Shown here piece by piece: positions 45,490 through 56,228 of a DNA stretch of 64,000 nt (position 1 is its first letter; each line of letters begins with the position of its first letter). Source of the DNA: Candidatus Sumerlaeia bacterium (GTDB taxonomy: Bacteria > Sumerlaeota > Sumerlaeia > SLMS01 > JANRJK01); contig JANRJK010000036.1 of the NCBI GenBank assembly GCA_033764015.1, forward strand, positions 32,001 to 96,000. Direction: 5' to 3'. The notes under the pieces were generated by a model, which saw only the letters and a program-made list of their open reading frames with translations, was not told the DNA's origin and ran no database searches. Made by a program: the position numbers and the translations under genes.

Positions 45490-45894
45490 ATGGCGACTGC
45501 AGACCGCTGGATCACCTGTGTGGCGATGCTTGTGGCCGTGTGCCTGTCGAGCGGCTGCATCCGCTCGCGTGTGGTGGTGGATTCGGAGCCGCAGGGCGCC
45601 GTCGTCACCATGAACGGCGAGAACCTCGGCACCACTCCTGTGGAGCGACCCTTCACTTGGTACTGGTACTACGACTTCGAAGCGTCGATGGAAGGCCACG
45701 CCAGCGTCACCGAGCGGCGCCGCTTCCGGGCGCCCTTCTACCTGCTGCCGGGTCCGGACCTGTTCTTCGAGCTGCTGCCGTTCAACGTGTACGACACGAA
45801 GCGGGTTTTCCTCACGCTCCCCCCGCTGCCGGAGCAGCCCGGCCCCGCATTCGTCGACGGCGCCGCGCCGCGCGCCGGAGCCTCGGTCCAATGA
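45490..45894 (+). CDS. PEGA-domain lipoprotein
   Basis: Lipobox SSGC; VDSEPQGAVV.MNG..LGTTPV. Confidence 0.85.
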   Translation: MATADRWITCVAMLVAVCLSSGCIRSRVVVDSEPQGAVVTMNGENLGTTPVERPFTWYWYYDFEASMEGHASVTERRRFRAPFYLLPGPDLFFELLPFNVYDTKRVFLTLPPLPEQPGPAFVDGAAPRAGASVQ

Positions 45895-47600
45895 GCGGAA
45901 GCGCCCCGGTCCAACTGATCCCCAAGGCGCCGCAGCCGGGCTTCCCAGACTTCTACGCCATCGGCGACGGATCCACCACCATCGGGCGCCACCCGACCAA
46001 TACGATCGTGCTGCCCTTCGAGTCGATCTCGCGCTTCCACGCCCGCCTCGACAAGCGCGGCGACTACTTCATCGTGCAGGATCTGAACTCCTCCAACGGG
46101 TCCTTCGTCAATAACGAGCGCGTCACCCAGATGACGATCCACCACGGCGACGTGGTGACCTTCGGCAACGTCGAGTTCCTCTTCCAGAACGAAGAGTCGC
46201 AGGGCGGGCTGCACACGAGCGCCTCCTCGATCCGCGGCAAGAACATCGTCGACATCCTGGACGACTCCAGCGACCCGTCGTCGGCGAACCTGAGCCAGTC
46301 GGTGCTGCGCGCGGACGAGGTGCGGAAGGAGAAGAGCTCGGTCATCACGACGTTCGAGGACCGCAAGGCGGACCGGGCGACGCTGGTGCGGCTCAACGCG
46401 CGGCTGCGCGGCCTGTACAAGCTTTCGGAACTGCTCCGCGAAAGCGCGGCGGAGGCGGAGGAGGACGTGCTGCTCCGCGTGCTCGACGTCGTGTTCGAGT
46501 GCATCGTGGCCGACCGCGGCGTGGTCCTGACGCGCTTCGTCCCCGAGGCGACGCAGTTCGACGTGGCCGCCGTGAAGTACCGCGACCTGCCGATCATGCC
46601 GCAGAAGGTGACCGTGTCGCGCACGATCCTCGACCGCGTGGTGTCGCAGAAGGTCGCGGTGCTTTCCCGCGACGCGATGAGCGACGAGCGCTTCGAGGCC
46701 TCCGAGTCGATCATCATGAGCAACGTGCGGTCGACGATCTGCGTGCCGATGATGATGGGCGACAAGGTGATGGGGATCCTGCACCTCGACACGTCCTCCA
46801 CGCAGCGCTCCTTCACGGAGGACGACCTCGAGTTCGCGACGATCATCGCGACGGAGACCGGCGTCGCGCTCGAGAACTCGCGCATGCGCAAGGCCGCGAT
46901 CCACCGCGAGCGCCTCGCGGCGGTGGGCGAGACGGTCGCGGGCATCAGCCACAACGTGAAAAACATCCTGCTTCTCTCGCAGGGCGGCGCGGAGCTGCTC
47001 AGCCGGGGGCTCGAGCGGGGCAGCATCGAGGACTCGCGCGAAGCCTGGGGCGTCGTGAAGCGCGGCATCGACAAGATCGGCGCGCTCGTCCGCGACATGC
47101 TCGAGTACAGCAGCAACAAGGCGCTCGAGTTGAAGGAGGTCGACGTGAACGACCTCATCTGCGCCATCGCCGAGGAGGTCGAACCGGACCTCCTGAAGAA
47201 CAACGTCATGCTCGAACTCGACCTCGACGATGCGATCGGCGTCCGCCAGCTCGACGAGACGGGAATGCACCGGACGATCCTGAACCTGATCGTGAACTCC
47301 ATGGAGGCGATCTCGCACGGCGAGGGCCGCATCCTGATCACGACGGCGCGTATCGACGGCGGCGGGTACCGGATCATGATCCGCGACAATGGCAGCGGCA
47401 TCCCCGCCGACAAGCTGGAGCGCATCTTCTTCCCATTCTTCACCACCAAGGGTTCGAAGGGCACGGGCCTCGGACTCTCCATGTGCAAGAAGTGCGTCGA
47501 GGACCAGGCCGGCAAGCTCACCGTCGAGTCGGAGGAGAACGTCGGCACGGTGTTCTTCATCGAGATGCCGGAGACGGTCCCCGGGGCGGTCGAGGACTAG
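45891..47600 (+). CDS. FHA-GAF sensor histidine kinase
   Basis: FHA (IGR, ISRFHA, DLNSSNGSFVN); GAF (SRTI, STICVPM); H-box GISHNVKN; N, G1 (DNGSGI), F and G2 (GTGLGL) boxes. Confidence 0.93.
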   Translation: MSGSAPVQLIPKAPQPGFPDFYAIGDGSTTIGRHPTNTIVLPFESISRFHARLDKRGDYFIVQDLNSSNGSFVNNERVTQMTIHHGDVVTFGNVEFLFQNEESQGGLHTSASSIRGKNIVDILDDSSDPSSANLSQSVLRADEVRKEKSSVITTFEDRKADRATLVRLNARLRGLYKLSELLRESAAEAEEDVLLRVLDVVFECIVADRGVVLTRFVPEATQFDVAAVKYRDLPIMPQKVTVSRTILDRVVSQKVAVLSRDAMSDERFEASESIIMSNVRSTICVPMMMGDKVMGILHLDTSSTQRSFTEDDLEFATIIATETGVALENSRMRKAAIHRERLAAVGETVAGISHNVKNILLLSQGGAELLSRGLERGSIEDSREAWGVVKRGIDKIGALVRDMLEYSSNKALELKEVDVNDLICAIAEEVEPDLLKNNVMLELDLDDAIGVRQLDETGMHRTILNLIVNSMEAISHGEGRILITTARIDGGGYRIMIRDNGSGIPADKLERIFFPFFTTKGSKGTGLGLSMCKKCVEDQAGKLTVESEENVGTVFFIEMPETVPGAVED

Positions 47601-47613
47601 CGCCGCGCCGCCG

Positions 47614-49296
47614 ATGCCCCGCCAAGACAAGTTGATCCGCCTGCTGGCGTCCGCGCTCGCGGCGCTCCTGTTGGCCTCCTCCGCGGGCGCGGCGCCCGGG
47701 CGGCCGCCGGCCCAGCCCTTCTCCTTCTTCCCGATTTTCTACGACACCCGGTCGGACGCCGACGGCGAACGGTCCGCGGGCGTCTGGCCCCTTTACTGGC
47801 AGGACCGCACGGAGGATAGCGTCCGGCTCGGTGTGCCGGTGCTGTTCTCGTACTACCGCGACGGCAAGTCGGGCAAATCCGGCGGCGACATCCTGTGGCC
47901 GTTCTTCCGCCACCGCCGCGAGCCGACGCACTACCGTTTCAAGGACTACCGCGGCTGGCACGCGTTCCCGCTGTTCTACAGCGGGTCGGGCACGCGCGAC
48001 GGCGTGCGGCAGAGCGCCACGCTGCTCATCCCCCTCTACTTCTCCGGAACGCAGGGGGAGGACGGGCGATACCTGGTCGTCTTCCCGCTGGTCTGGTACG
48101 GGCGGGGCATCGACATGGCGTTGATTCCGCGCTCGAAGGACGAGCACTTCACCGCCGTGCTGCCGTTCTACGGCCGCTTCGTGGGCGAGAAGAACGACCT
48201 GCGCTGGGTCCTGTGGCCGCTCTACGTGCACAGCGAGAAGAAGAAGGTGGAGTACCCCAGCACGCTCACGTCGATCGGCTGGCCGTTCCTCGCGCTGCGC
48301 GGCGGGCCGGGCGTGTCGGGCTTCCGCGTCTGGCCGTTGCTGTCCTACGCCCAGCGGCGCGAGGTGGACCCCGCCACCGGCGCGGAGGGCGCCGCGATGT
48401 ACCGGCGCGCCTACTTCCTGTGGCCGTTCGGACACTGGCGCGACGGCGTGGTGAAGGAAGGCAAGCCGCAGCGGGAGAAGGTGCGCATGCTCTTCCCGCT
48501 CTTCACCTGGTTCGAGCGCGAGAAGTTCCGCTTCTTCAGCGTCTTCCCCCTGTACGGCAGCGTTCGGCAGGAGGGCCGCAACACTTGGGGCGCGCTGCTG
48601 GCGGCCTACACGCAGGACAGCGACCTGCGCGCCGGCGTCCGCGACCACCGGCTGTTCTGGGTCCTCTTCCGGCGGCGCGTCCCGATCGAGCAGCTCCCGG
48701 ACAGCGCGCCGGAGCTGCGCCGCTCCGCGTCCTACGGCACCGCGGTCTTTCCGTTCTACTGGCGCTTCCGCAGCGAGGAGCGCCGTTCGCTCATCGTCGC
48801 GTGGCCACTCTACCACCAGTACTGGTACGACTACCCGGAGTACGTGTACCGGCGGACGTGGATCCCGCTGCTGCACTCGCGCCGGAGCCGCGAGTACAAG
48901 GACGGCCGCCGCTCCGGCTCGCAGTTCTTCTTCCCCTTCTTCCAGACCGCGTGGCGCGAGACGGGCGAGCGCCGCTCGTCCACGCTCCACCTCTGGATGC
49001 TGCGGAACATCGACGCCGTGGAGCGCAACTATTCGCCGCTCTGGACGTTCTGGGAGCGCGAGGCGGACCCCCGCACCGGCTACAAGCGGATCCGCGTGAT
49101 GCGCGGGCTTTACGACGGCGAGCGGACCGGCGCGGACGACGCGCGGTGGCGCTTCAACCTGCTCCTGTTCGATGTGGGTGGCGGCAAGGTGGACGGAAAG
49201 CCGGCGGGTCGGTTCGGCGTCCTGGGCGGGCTCTACGGACGCAAGGCGGAGCCGGACGGCGGCACGCGCACCCGGCTCTTCTGGATCAAGCTGTAG
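47614..49296 (+). CDS. Secreted aromatic-rich repeat protein ([FW]P[LF][FY] repeats)
   Basis: Signal peptide; many FP/WP-hydrophobic-aromatic units; ends LFWIKL. Confidence 0.75.
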   Translation: MPRQDKLIRLLASALAALLLASSAGAAPGRPPAQPFSFFPIFYDTRSDADGERSAGVWPLYWQDRTEDSVRLGVPVLFSYYRDGKSGKSGGDILWPFFRHRREPTHYRFKDYRGWHAFPLFYSGSGTRDGVRQSATLLIPLYFSGTQGEDGRYLVVFPLVWYGRGIDMALIPRSKDEHFTAVLPFYGRFVGEKNDLRWVLWPLYVHSEKKKVEYPSTLTSIGWPFLALRGGPGVSGFRVWPLLSYAQRREVDPATGAEGAAMYRRAYFLWPFGHWRDGVVKEGKPQREKVRMLFPLFTWFEREKFRFFSVFPLYGSVRQEGRNTWGALLAAYTQDSDLRAGVRDHRLFWVLFRRRVPIEQLPDSAPELRRSASYGTAVFPFYWRFRSEERRSLIVAWPLYHQYWYDYPEYVYRRTWIPLLHSRRSREYKDGRRSGSQFFFPFFQTAWRETGERRSSTLHLWMLRNIDAVERNYSPLWTFWEREADPRTGYKRIRVMRGLYDGERTGADDARWRFNLLLFDVGGGKVDGKPAGRFGVLGGLYGRKAEPDGGTRTRLFWIKL

Positions 49297-50020
49297 CGGC
49301 GGGCGGGCGCCGCGCGATGGTGCGGTCCCCGACCGCCTCCTCGCGCTCGATGACGCCGTCGCGCAGGTGGATCACTCGCTCCGCGTGGTGCGACACGTCG
49401 GTGTCGTGCGTGACGAGGACGATGGTGTTGCCGGCCTCGTGCAGCTCCTCGAACACCGCCATGATCTCCCTGCCGGTCTTGGAGTCGAGGTTGCCGGTGG
49501 GCTCGTCGGCGAGAAGCAGCGCGGGTCCGTTCACGAGGGCGCGCGCGATGGCGACGCGCTGACGCTGGCCGCCGCTCAGTTCGTTCGGCAAGTGGTGCGC
49601 CCGGTCGCCCAGCCCCACGCGCGCGATGGAGGCGGTCGCGCGCCGGTGCCGTTCCGCCGCGGCCATGCCGGCGTAGACCATCGGAAGCTCGACGTTCTGC
49701 AGCACGTTCATCTGGGGCAGCAGGTGGAAGCTCTGGAAGATGAAGCCGATCTCGCGGTTGCGGGCGTGCGACAGTTCGTCGTCGTCCAGGTTCTCCACCG
49801 GTTGCGACCGCAGCCGGTAGCCGCCCTCGGTGGGGCGGTCGAGGCAACCGATGATGTTCATGAGCGTGGACTTGCCGCTGCCGCTGGGGCCCATGATGGC
49901 GACGTAGTCGTTTTCGCGGATCGTCAGGTCGACACCGTTGAGCGCGTGCACCACGACGTCGCCCATGGTGTAGCGCTTCTTGGCGCCCCGGATTTCGATG
50001 ATCGGCGTGCGTTCCATCAT
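49286..50020 (-). CDS. ABC transporter ATP-binding protein (LolD/MacB type)
   Basis: [48 protein letters not shown]. Confidence 0.95.
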   Translation of the reverse strand: MMERTPIIEIRGAKKRYTMGDVVVHALNGVDLTIRENDYVAIMGPSGSGKSTLMNIIGCLDRPTEGGYRLRSQPVENLDDDELSHARNREIGFIFQSFHLLPQMNVLQNVELPMVYAGMAAAERHRRATASIARVGLGDRAHHLPNELSGGQRQRVAIARALVNGPALLLADEPTGNLDSKTGREIMAVFEELHEAGNTIVLVTHDTDVSHHAERVIHLRDGVIEREEAVGDRTIARRPPAATA

Positions 50021-50051
50021 GTGTTGGCGGGCTCCTGGCTGGGCTGCCGCG

Positions 50052-51452
50052 CTATGGTGCCGCGGGGGGCGGGGCGGCGGCTCCGCCTTCGCATGGCCCG
50101 AGCGCATCCCATGCGCTCCGCGCCGTGTGCAACGCATAGAACGAGCCGGTGACGAGGATCGAGGCGCCGCCCACGCGGACCGCCTCGCGGAGCGCCTCCC
50201 CGGGATCGGGAGCCACCACCGGATCGAAGCCGGCGGCGCGGGCCGAATCGGCCAAGGAATCGGGCGCCGCCCCGCGCCCGCCGGGCACGCGGACGCAAAC
50301 GACGCGGTGGAACAGCTCGGTCCCCGCGGCGCGGGCGAGTTCGCCGAAGAACGCCGCGTGGTTCTTGTCGCCCTGCATGCCGACCAGCAGCGCGTAGGGC
50401 GGACGGGCCGGCGGATCCTCGAGCGGCAGCCACGCGGCGAGCGCCTCGCCGAGGCGCCGCGCGGAAAGCGGGCAGTGCGCCCCGTCCAGCACCAGCGCGG
50501 GCTTCTGCTCGTGGCGCCGCACTTCGAGGCGGCCGGGCATGTGCGCGCGGCGGGCGCCCTCCAGCAGCGCCTCCGGGTCGGGCCGCCGGTGCATGCCCTC
50601 CTCGAACAGCCAGCAGGCGGTGAGCGCCGTCTCGAAGTTCGCCGCTTGGTGGGCGCCATGGAAGGGCAGAGTCGTGCGTCCCGTGCGGCCGTCGGGGAAG
50701 CGCACGGCGCAGCGCAAGCCCCCCGGCGCGGGAAGCGCCTCTGTGACCGGCGTGAACTCGTGCGCGCGGAAGAACGGGGCACCGACCGCGTGGGCGCGCT
50801 CCTCCAGCACGCGGGCGGCCTCGGGGAAGACCTGGCGCGAGGCCACAGCCGGGTGGTCGGGCTTGATGATCCCCGCCTTCTCGCCCGCGATGGCTTCGAT
50901 CGTCGCGCCGAGGATCGCCTCGTGGTCGTAGGCGATGGTGGCGATCGCCGCCACACGGGGCGCGACGATGTTCGTGCAGTCGAGCCGCCCGCCGAGCCCC
51001 GTCTCCCAGACGACCGCGGTGCGGCGGCGGTCGCGGAACTCGACAAGCGCGAGCGCTGTGAGGATTTCGAAGACTGTCCGGAAGTCCGGCGACTCGGCGA
51101 GGTTGCGGCGGTGCTCCGCGGGGAGCGACGCCTCGAACGCGGCGAGCTTCTCGTCGAATTCCGCCGGGGCGAGCGGCGCGCCGTCGAGGCGGATGCGCTC
51201 ACCGAAGTGCTCGACATGGGGACTGCAGTACAGCCCGGTGCGGTGGCCGCTGGCGGCGAGCATCGCTTCGCAGAGCGCGGCCGTGGAGCCCTTCCCCTTC
51301 GTCCCCGCGATGTGGAGGAAGTTGAGCTGGCGGTCCGGCGCGCCGAGATCGTCGACCCAAGCGCGGAAGGCCCGGAGGTTGTACCCTTCGTCTGTGTAGG
51401 CGCGCGCGTGGGGCTTGCGTTCGAGGTTCGTGAGTCGGTCTAGGAGGTTCAT
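50052..51452 (-). CDS. folC: Folylpolyglutamate synthase/dihydrofolate synthase
   Basis: [14 protein letters not shown]...[45 protein letters not shown]. Confidence 0.93.
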   Translation of the reverse strand: MNLLDRLTNLERKPHARAYTDEGYNLRAFRAWVDDLGAPDRQLNFLHIAGTKGKGSTAALCEAMLAASGHRTGLYCSPHVEHFGERIRLDGAPLAPAEFDEKLAAFEASLPAEHRRNLAESPDFRTVFEILTALALVEFRDRRRTAVVWETGLGGRLDCTNIVAPRVAAIATIAYDHEAILGATIEAIAGEKAGIIKPDHPAVASRQVFPEAARVLEERAHAVGAPFFRAHEFTPVTEALPAPGGLRCAVRFPDGRTGRTTLPFHGAHQAANFETALTACWLFEEGMHRRPDPEALLEGARRAHMPGRLEVRRHEQKPALVLDGAHCPLSARRLGEALAAWLPLEDPPARPPYALLVGMQGDKNHAAFFGELARAAGTELFHRVVCVRVPGGRGAAPDSLADSARAAGFDPVVAPDPGEALREAVRVGGASILVTGSFYALHTARSAWDALGPCEGGAAAPPPAAP

Positions 51453-51548
51453 CCGGGGGCGCGCGGTTGGGATCGAGCCGTGAGCCTCGGCGCGGCGGGG
51501 CCGCGGCTCAAGGCCAGCGGGCCCGAAATCCGCAAGAGTCCTGCCGGG

Positions 51549-52385
51549 TTACATGAGACTCCAGGATTCCACCGGCGCGAGAGTCTGAGTCACCTGCGAC
51601 CAGGTGGCCCCCAGCCGGATTTCGTCGATGCGGACGGTCGGCTGGTTGGGACCGCTCCCCTGCCGGAGGATCACGCGGAACACGCCCGCGTCGATATCGG
51701 AGCCCGCCGTCGGATTCGTGGAAAGGGCGTCGGGAGCGCCCGGCTCCAACGCGGGCACGGCGGTCGCGCCGGTGAAGACGTACAGCGCCGTCGTGTCGTT
51801 GTCGGCGCCCGCCACCTGCGTCAGCTTGCCGACGACGAACGCGGGCGTGTTGGCGGCGAGGTTCTTCCCGGTGATGAACGAAGTCGATCCGCCGGTTGTG
51901 AACCGGATGCCGAGCCTGATGGCGCCGGAATCCGATCCGGCGAACACCCGCGACCGCAGGTTGAAGTCCCCGCCGGCCACCGCGAGGCTGAAGAAGTAGT
52001 CGCCCGCCGCGGATCCCAGATCCGAGCCATCGTGCGAGACGAGGAAGCTATAGTAGATCGAATTGCCGTCGCCGACCACTGTGTTCGCGAACTCGAGGCG
52101 GACGTCCTCGCCGTTGTCACGCACCGGGACGGAGTTGCCGCTGGAGGCGGGAACACCGCTGCCACCGTAGGCCAGGCTCCCCGCGGCCACTTGGAACGGA
52201 TTGGTCCCGCCGCCAGCATCCTGGATCGTCCACACCGAGCCCGGCGCGTAGGTCTCTCCCACGAGCGCGCCCGTTGCATAGTCGAAGTCCTCGATGATGG
52301 GGAGGGAGATCTGCCCCTGCACGGAAGCGGTGATGACGCATACCGCCCCGGCGGCGGCGAGAATGGCGGATCGAAGTTGGATCAT
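51549..52385 (-). CDS. Secreted beta-sandwich (lectin-like) protein with short C-terminal tail
   Basis: Signal peptide; EDFDY..G.L, IYYSFL, VRIDEIRLGATWSQV; ends APVESWSLM. Confidence 0.75.
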   Translation of the reverse strand: MIQLRSAILAAAGAVCVITASVQGQISLPIIEDFDYATGALVGETYAPGSVWTIQDAGGGTNPFQVAAGSLAYGGSGVPASSGNSVPVRDNGEDVRLEFANTVVGDGNSIYYSFLVSHDGSDLGSAAGDYFFSLAVAGGDFNLRSRVFAGSDSGAIRLGIRFTTGGSTSFITGKNLAANTPAFVVGKLTQVAGADNDTTALYVFTGATAVPALEPGAPDALSTNPTAGSDIDAGVFRVILRQGSGPNQPTVRIDEIRLGATWSQVTQTLAPVESWSLM

Positions 52386-52681
52386 GTGGCATTCCCCTGG
52401 TTGTGGTGTCGTCCCCGCGCGCATTCTCGAAGGTCGGGGGCTGGAGCGGGGGGAATCGCGGCCGACTCCCGGTCGAACCCAGGAAGTTCCTGCCGCGATT
52501 CTCGTACAAGTCCGCGCTGTCTTGGGGTTACTTTTCGCGTTCCCCCGGCTTAGGGTGGCAAGCGGGAAGCGGCTAAAGCCGTTCCAAGCCCCTCAGATTG
52601 CCGTCGCGCCGCGCGGATTCCCGCAGGCAAGCTTCCCCACGGTGCGCCAAGCGCGCGCCGATCCCTCTCGCAAAGCCTCCT

Positions 52682-54574
52682 ATGCAGACCGCCTCGACGA
52701 TCCGCAACATCGCGATCATCGCCCACATCGACCACGGCAAGACGACACTGATCGATTCGATCTTCCGCGCCGCGCACACCTTCAGCGACCACGCAAGGGT
52801 CGACGAGCGCGTCATGGACAACAACGCGCTCGAGAAGGAGCGGGGGATCACGATCCGCGCGAAGCACTGCGCCGTCGCATGGAGCGGGTACCGCATCAAC
52901 ATCGTCGACACGCCGGGCCACGCGGACTTCTCGGGCGAGGTGGAGCGCGTGCTCTCCACGGTCGACTCCGTGCTCCTGCTGGTGGACGCGAACGAGGGCC
53001 CGATGCCCCAGACGCGCTACGTCACGATGCGCGCCCTCCGCCTCGGCATGCGGCCCATCGTGGTCGTCAACAAGGTGGACCGCCCCTCCGCGACGCCGAA
53101 GCGCGCGCTCGACAAGACCTTCGACCTGTTCCTGGAACTCGGCGCGACGGACGAACAGGCCGACTTCCCCGTCATCTACGGCTCCGGGCTGAACGGCTGG
53201 TTCGTGAAGGACCTCGAGGCGGATCCGCGGCGCGACACCATGGACCCCCTGTTCGAGGCGATCATCGAACATGTGCACGCTCCCGAGATCGACGAGCGCC
53301 TCCCGTTCCGCATGCAGATCACCGCGCTCGGCTGGGACGAGTACATCGGCCGCCTCGGCTGCGGGCGCGTGCTCTCCGGCACCTACCGCGTCGGCCAGCC
53401 GATACTCCGCACCGTCACCGGGTGGAAGGACGGCTTGGCGTCGACCGGGGAGTGGTCGGTCCTCGCGTCCAAGTCGGAGCGCTGTTCGCACCTGTGGAAG
53501 ACGCAAGGCATCGAGATGGTCGAAACCGAGGAGGCGGCGGCGGGCGACATCGTCTGGATGGCGATGGGCGACGGCCTTTCGCTCGGCGATACGATCTCGG
53601 CCCCGGACTTCCCGGAGCCGGCGCTCGAGCCGCTCGAGATCGAGGCCCCCACGGTCTCGATGAACTTCATGATCAACTCGGGCCCCTTCGCGGGCCGCGA
53701 CGGGAAGCCCTTCACGCTGCGCCAGCTCAAGGAGCGGCTCGACCGCGAGCTGCGCACCAACATCGCGCTGCGCGTGGAGGAGATCCCCAACTCCGTCGAG
53801 GGCATCAAGGTCTCGGGGCGGGGCGAGCTGCACCTCGGCATCCTCATCGAGGAGATGCGCCGCGAAGGGATCGAGCTCTGCGTCTCGCGGCCGGAGGTCA
53901 TCACGCGCACCCGCGAGGACGGCTCCGTCGAGGAGCCGATGGAAGAGGTGGTGATCGACGTCCCCGACGAGCACCAGGGGATCGTCATCGAGAAGCTGGC
54001 GCGCCGTAAGGGCGAGCTTTCCGGTATGCACAACGAAGGCAACGGCACCGTTCGCCTCGAATTCAGCATCCCGACGCGCGGCCTCATCGGCTACCGCGGC
54101 GAGTTCCTGACCGACACGCGCGGCCTTGGCATCATGACGAGCCGCTACATCGGCTACGGCCCCTATGTGGGACCGATCCCCGCGCGCAACCGCGGCGCGA
54201 TGGTCTCGCGCGAGGACGGCGACGCCACCAGCTACGCGCTGGAGAACCTGCAGGAGCGCGGCACGCTCTTCGTCGCCCCCGGCGAGCCGCTCTACGAAGG
54301 CATGATCATCGGCGAGCACTCGCGGCCCGACGAACTGCCCTGCAACCCGGCCAAGAGGAAGGGCCTCACCAACCACCGCTCCTCGACCAAGGACGTGGAC
54401 GGCGGCCTCGATGTCCCGCGCAAGATGTCGCTGGACCAGGCGCTCGAGTGGATCGCCGCGGACGAGCTGGTCGAGGTGACGCCCACGTCGATCCGGCTCC
54501 GCAAGACGATCCGTAACCTCGAGCTGCGCCAGGTCCACGCCAAGAAGGTGGCGGCGATGGCGGGGTCGCGGTAG
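52682..54574 (+). CDS. typA: Translational GTPase TypA/BipA
   Basis: RNIAIIAHIDHGKTTL, ERGITI, DTPGHADFSGEVER, NKVD, VSGRGELHLGILIEEMRREG, PTRGLIG, ELVEVTP.SIRLRK. Confidence 0.96.
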   Translation: MQTASTIRNIAIIAHIDHGKTTLIDSIFRAAHTFSDHARVDERVMDNNALEKERGITIRAKHCAVAWSGYRINIVDTPGHADFSGEVERVLSTVDSVLLLVDANEGPMPQTRYVTMRALRLGMRPIVVVNKVDRPSATPKRALDKTFDLFLELGATDEQADFPVIYGSGLNGWFVKDLEADPRRDTMDPLFEAIIEHVHAPEIDERLPFRMQITALGWDEYIGRLGCGRVLSGTYRVGQPILRTVTGWKDGLASTGEWSVLASKSERCSHLWKTQGIEMVETEEAAAGDIVWMAMGDGLSLGDTISAPDFPEPALEPLEIEAPTVSMNFMINSGPFAGRDGKPFTLRQLKERLDRELRTNIALRVEEIPNSVEGIKVSGRGELHLGILIEEMRREGIELCVSRPEVITRTREDGSVEEPMEEVVIDVPDEHQGIVIEKLARRKGELSGMHNEGNGTVRLEFSIPTRGLIGYRGEFLTDTRGLGIMTSRYIGYGPYVGPIPARNRGAMVSREDGDATSYALENLQERGTLFVAPGEPLYEGMIIGEHSRPDELPCNPAKRKGLTNHRSSTKDVDGGLDVPRKMSLDQALEWIAADELVEVTPTSIRLRKTIRNLELRQVHAKKVAAMAGSR

Positions 54575-54667
54575 GCGGCGCGATTCGGGATCGGCTTTTG
54601 TCTTGACCACCGGGGGCTCCACGACTCCTATTTCCGCTTCGCTTGCGCCGAGAGGCGCGCGCGATTA

Positions 54668-54745
54668 GTGCCCGTAGCTCAGCCTGGATAGAGCGCTTGC
54701 CTCCGGAGCAAGAGGTCACAGGTTCGAATCCTGTCGGGCACGCCA
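54668..54745 (+). tRNA. tRNA-Arg (CCG)
   Basis: GTGCCCG...CGGGCAC-G-CCA; anticodon stem CTTGC/GCAAG with loop CTCCGGA. Confidence 0.97.
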
Positions 54746-54763
54746 AGGCACCTCCCAACCGGT

Positions 54764-54838
54764 GCGCGATTAGCTCAATGGTAGAGCAGGAGACTCTTAA
54801 TCTCTTGGTTCGGGGTTCGAGTCCCTGATCGCGCACCA
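54764..54838 (+). tRNA. tRNA-Lys (CTT)
   Basis: GCGCGAT...ATCGCGC-A-CCA; anticodon loop CTCTTAA; GGTTCGAG T-loop. Confidence 0.96.
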
Positions 54839-54881
54839 CTTCACAAAAATACTAGCGCGGCCCTCCATCGGGCCGACCACG

Positions 54882-54923
54882 CGCCCGGAGCCCGACGGCT
54901 CCGGGCGTTCTTGTTTCCGTTGC
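54882..54923 (+). repeat. Hairpin/terminator-like element, copy A
   Basis: CGCCCGGAGCC-CGAC-GGCTCCGGGCG-TTCTTGTTTCCGTTGC. Confidence 0.65.
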
Positions 54924-55015
54924 CACCCTGATCGGGAGGGACGGCATCTTGGACTCCCGAGCCGCTGTCCGAATGCGGCGAGCGGGTGCGGAAACCCAAA
55001 CACTGGAGCATCTCG

Positions 55016-56020
55016 ATGAAGAATCACTTGGCGGTGATCGGTTTGGTGGCCATCGCGGCTACGGCGTCCGCCGGCTCGGATTCGCTGGACTGGGGCATTA
55101 GCGGCTTCACATCGGGAGTCGACCTGATCGGTGCGGGCGACCTGGTGGCCTTCGATGCGCAGCGCGGGGTCGCGCTGAAGGTGGTGCCGAACGGACCGAT
55201 CAATTCGATCCCCGGCGGCGCGGTCTCCGGTTCCGTCGACATCCTCGTGGTCAGCAACGGGGTGACGATGATGATGGTTGAGAACATCCCGGTGACGGGG
55301 CGGAAAACCTTGAGCGTGACGTCCACCGATACGACTTTCGCCAGCGCCTCGCCGAGCGGCGGCCTCGGCTTCGTCGGGACTTACAACGAACGCCAGTCGA
55401 TCAGCCTTTCGGGGCGTCTCGGCGACGCGGCCTTCAGCTTCGTCGGCGGCTTCAACACGCTCGAAACGTCGGGGCGGCTGGAAAGCGAATCCTTCAGTTC
55501 GCAGAACAGCCCCTACTCGGTGAGCGGCCAACTGCAGGTGAAGCTCGGGGAGTACTTCGGAACCAGTCGCCCGACTCTGGATGGCAAGTCTCTCAGCTTC
55601 GCCATCTTTGAAACGACCCCGACCAGCTTTCAGGATGTCAGTGGGCGCCTGCGCAACTGGCGCGGCGACGCGGTGGTGGTCGAAACAGACCCGTCGAATC
55701 CCCCGGGTCCCTCGCTGGTCACCCCGGGCGGCACCACGAACGTCACCACGGTTTGGTACCAGTCGGGCGCGTCCAGTCCAGGTTACGTGCTGACGAGCGG
55801 CTCGAACCCGACGCGCGGCTACTCCGGCACCTTCGGCGGCTACATCGGTGTCACCGAGGCGCAGGCCCAGGCCGCCATTACCGGAGGGACTTTCGAGGGC
55901 CTTCCGACGCTCGACCCCGAAGAGGTCTACAGCACCTTCAACGCACGCGGCTCCTACATGGAGTCGTACCGCTCCAATTACACGCCCTCGGCAATCATGC
56001 GCATTGTGGACGGCTACTAA
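55016..56020 (+). CDS. Secreted hypothetical protein, paralog 1
   Basis: GGAG SD; signal peptide; Gly/Ser/Thr-rich; Cys-free; colinear with the next ORF. Confidence 0.85.
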   Translation: MKNHLAVIGLVAIAATASAGSDSLDWGISGFTSGVDLIGAGDLVAFDAQRGVALKVVPNGPINSIPGGAVSGSVDILVVSNGVTMMMVENIPVTGRKTLSVTSTDTTFASASPSGGLGFVGTYNERQSISLSGRLGDAAFSFVGGFNTLETSGRLESESFSSQNSPYSVSGQLQVKLGEYFGTSRPTLDGKSLSFAIFETTPTSFQDVSGRLRNWRGDAVVVETDPSNPPGPSLVTPGGTTNVTTVWYQSGASSPGYVLTSGSNPTRGYSGTFGGYIGVTEAQAQAAITGGTFEGLPTLDPEEVYSTFNARGSYMESYRSNYTPSAIMRIVDGY

Positions 56021-56051
56021 GCCGGCACGCCACGCACAACAGGTATCCGAT

Positions 56052-56095
56052 CCGCCCCGGAGCCAAGCGCTCCGGGGCGGTTTCCGTTGCGGCGG
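56052..56095 (+). repeat. Hairpin/terminator-like element, copy B
   Basis: CCGCCCCGGAGC-CAAGC-GCTCCGGGGCGG-TTTCCGTTGCGGCGG. Confidence 0.75.
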
Positions 56096-56228
56096 AAAGC
56101 ACCGGCCCGGTGGGCAAGATTGCAAAGGCAGCGGTTGCGCTTCCGTCCGCCTCCCCGAAGACTTTTGCCATCCCGTTCGCTCGGATTGTGTCTGCTTGCG
56201 AACAACCACTGAGGAAGGGACCTCTTCG

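Noticed and set aside
54926..54934. CCCTGATCG matching the tRNA-Lys 3' region as an att site
   Set aside because: Only 9 nt, very close to the tRNA, and no integrase or distal direct repeat.
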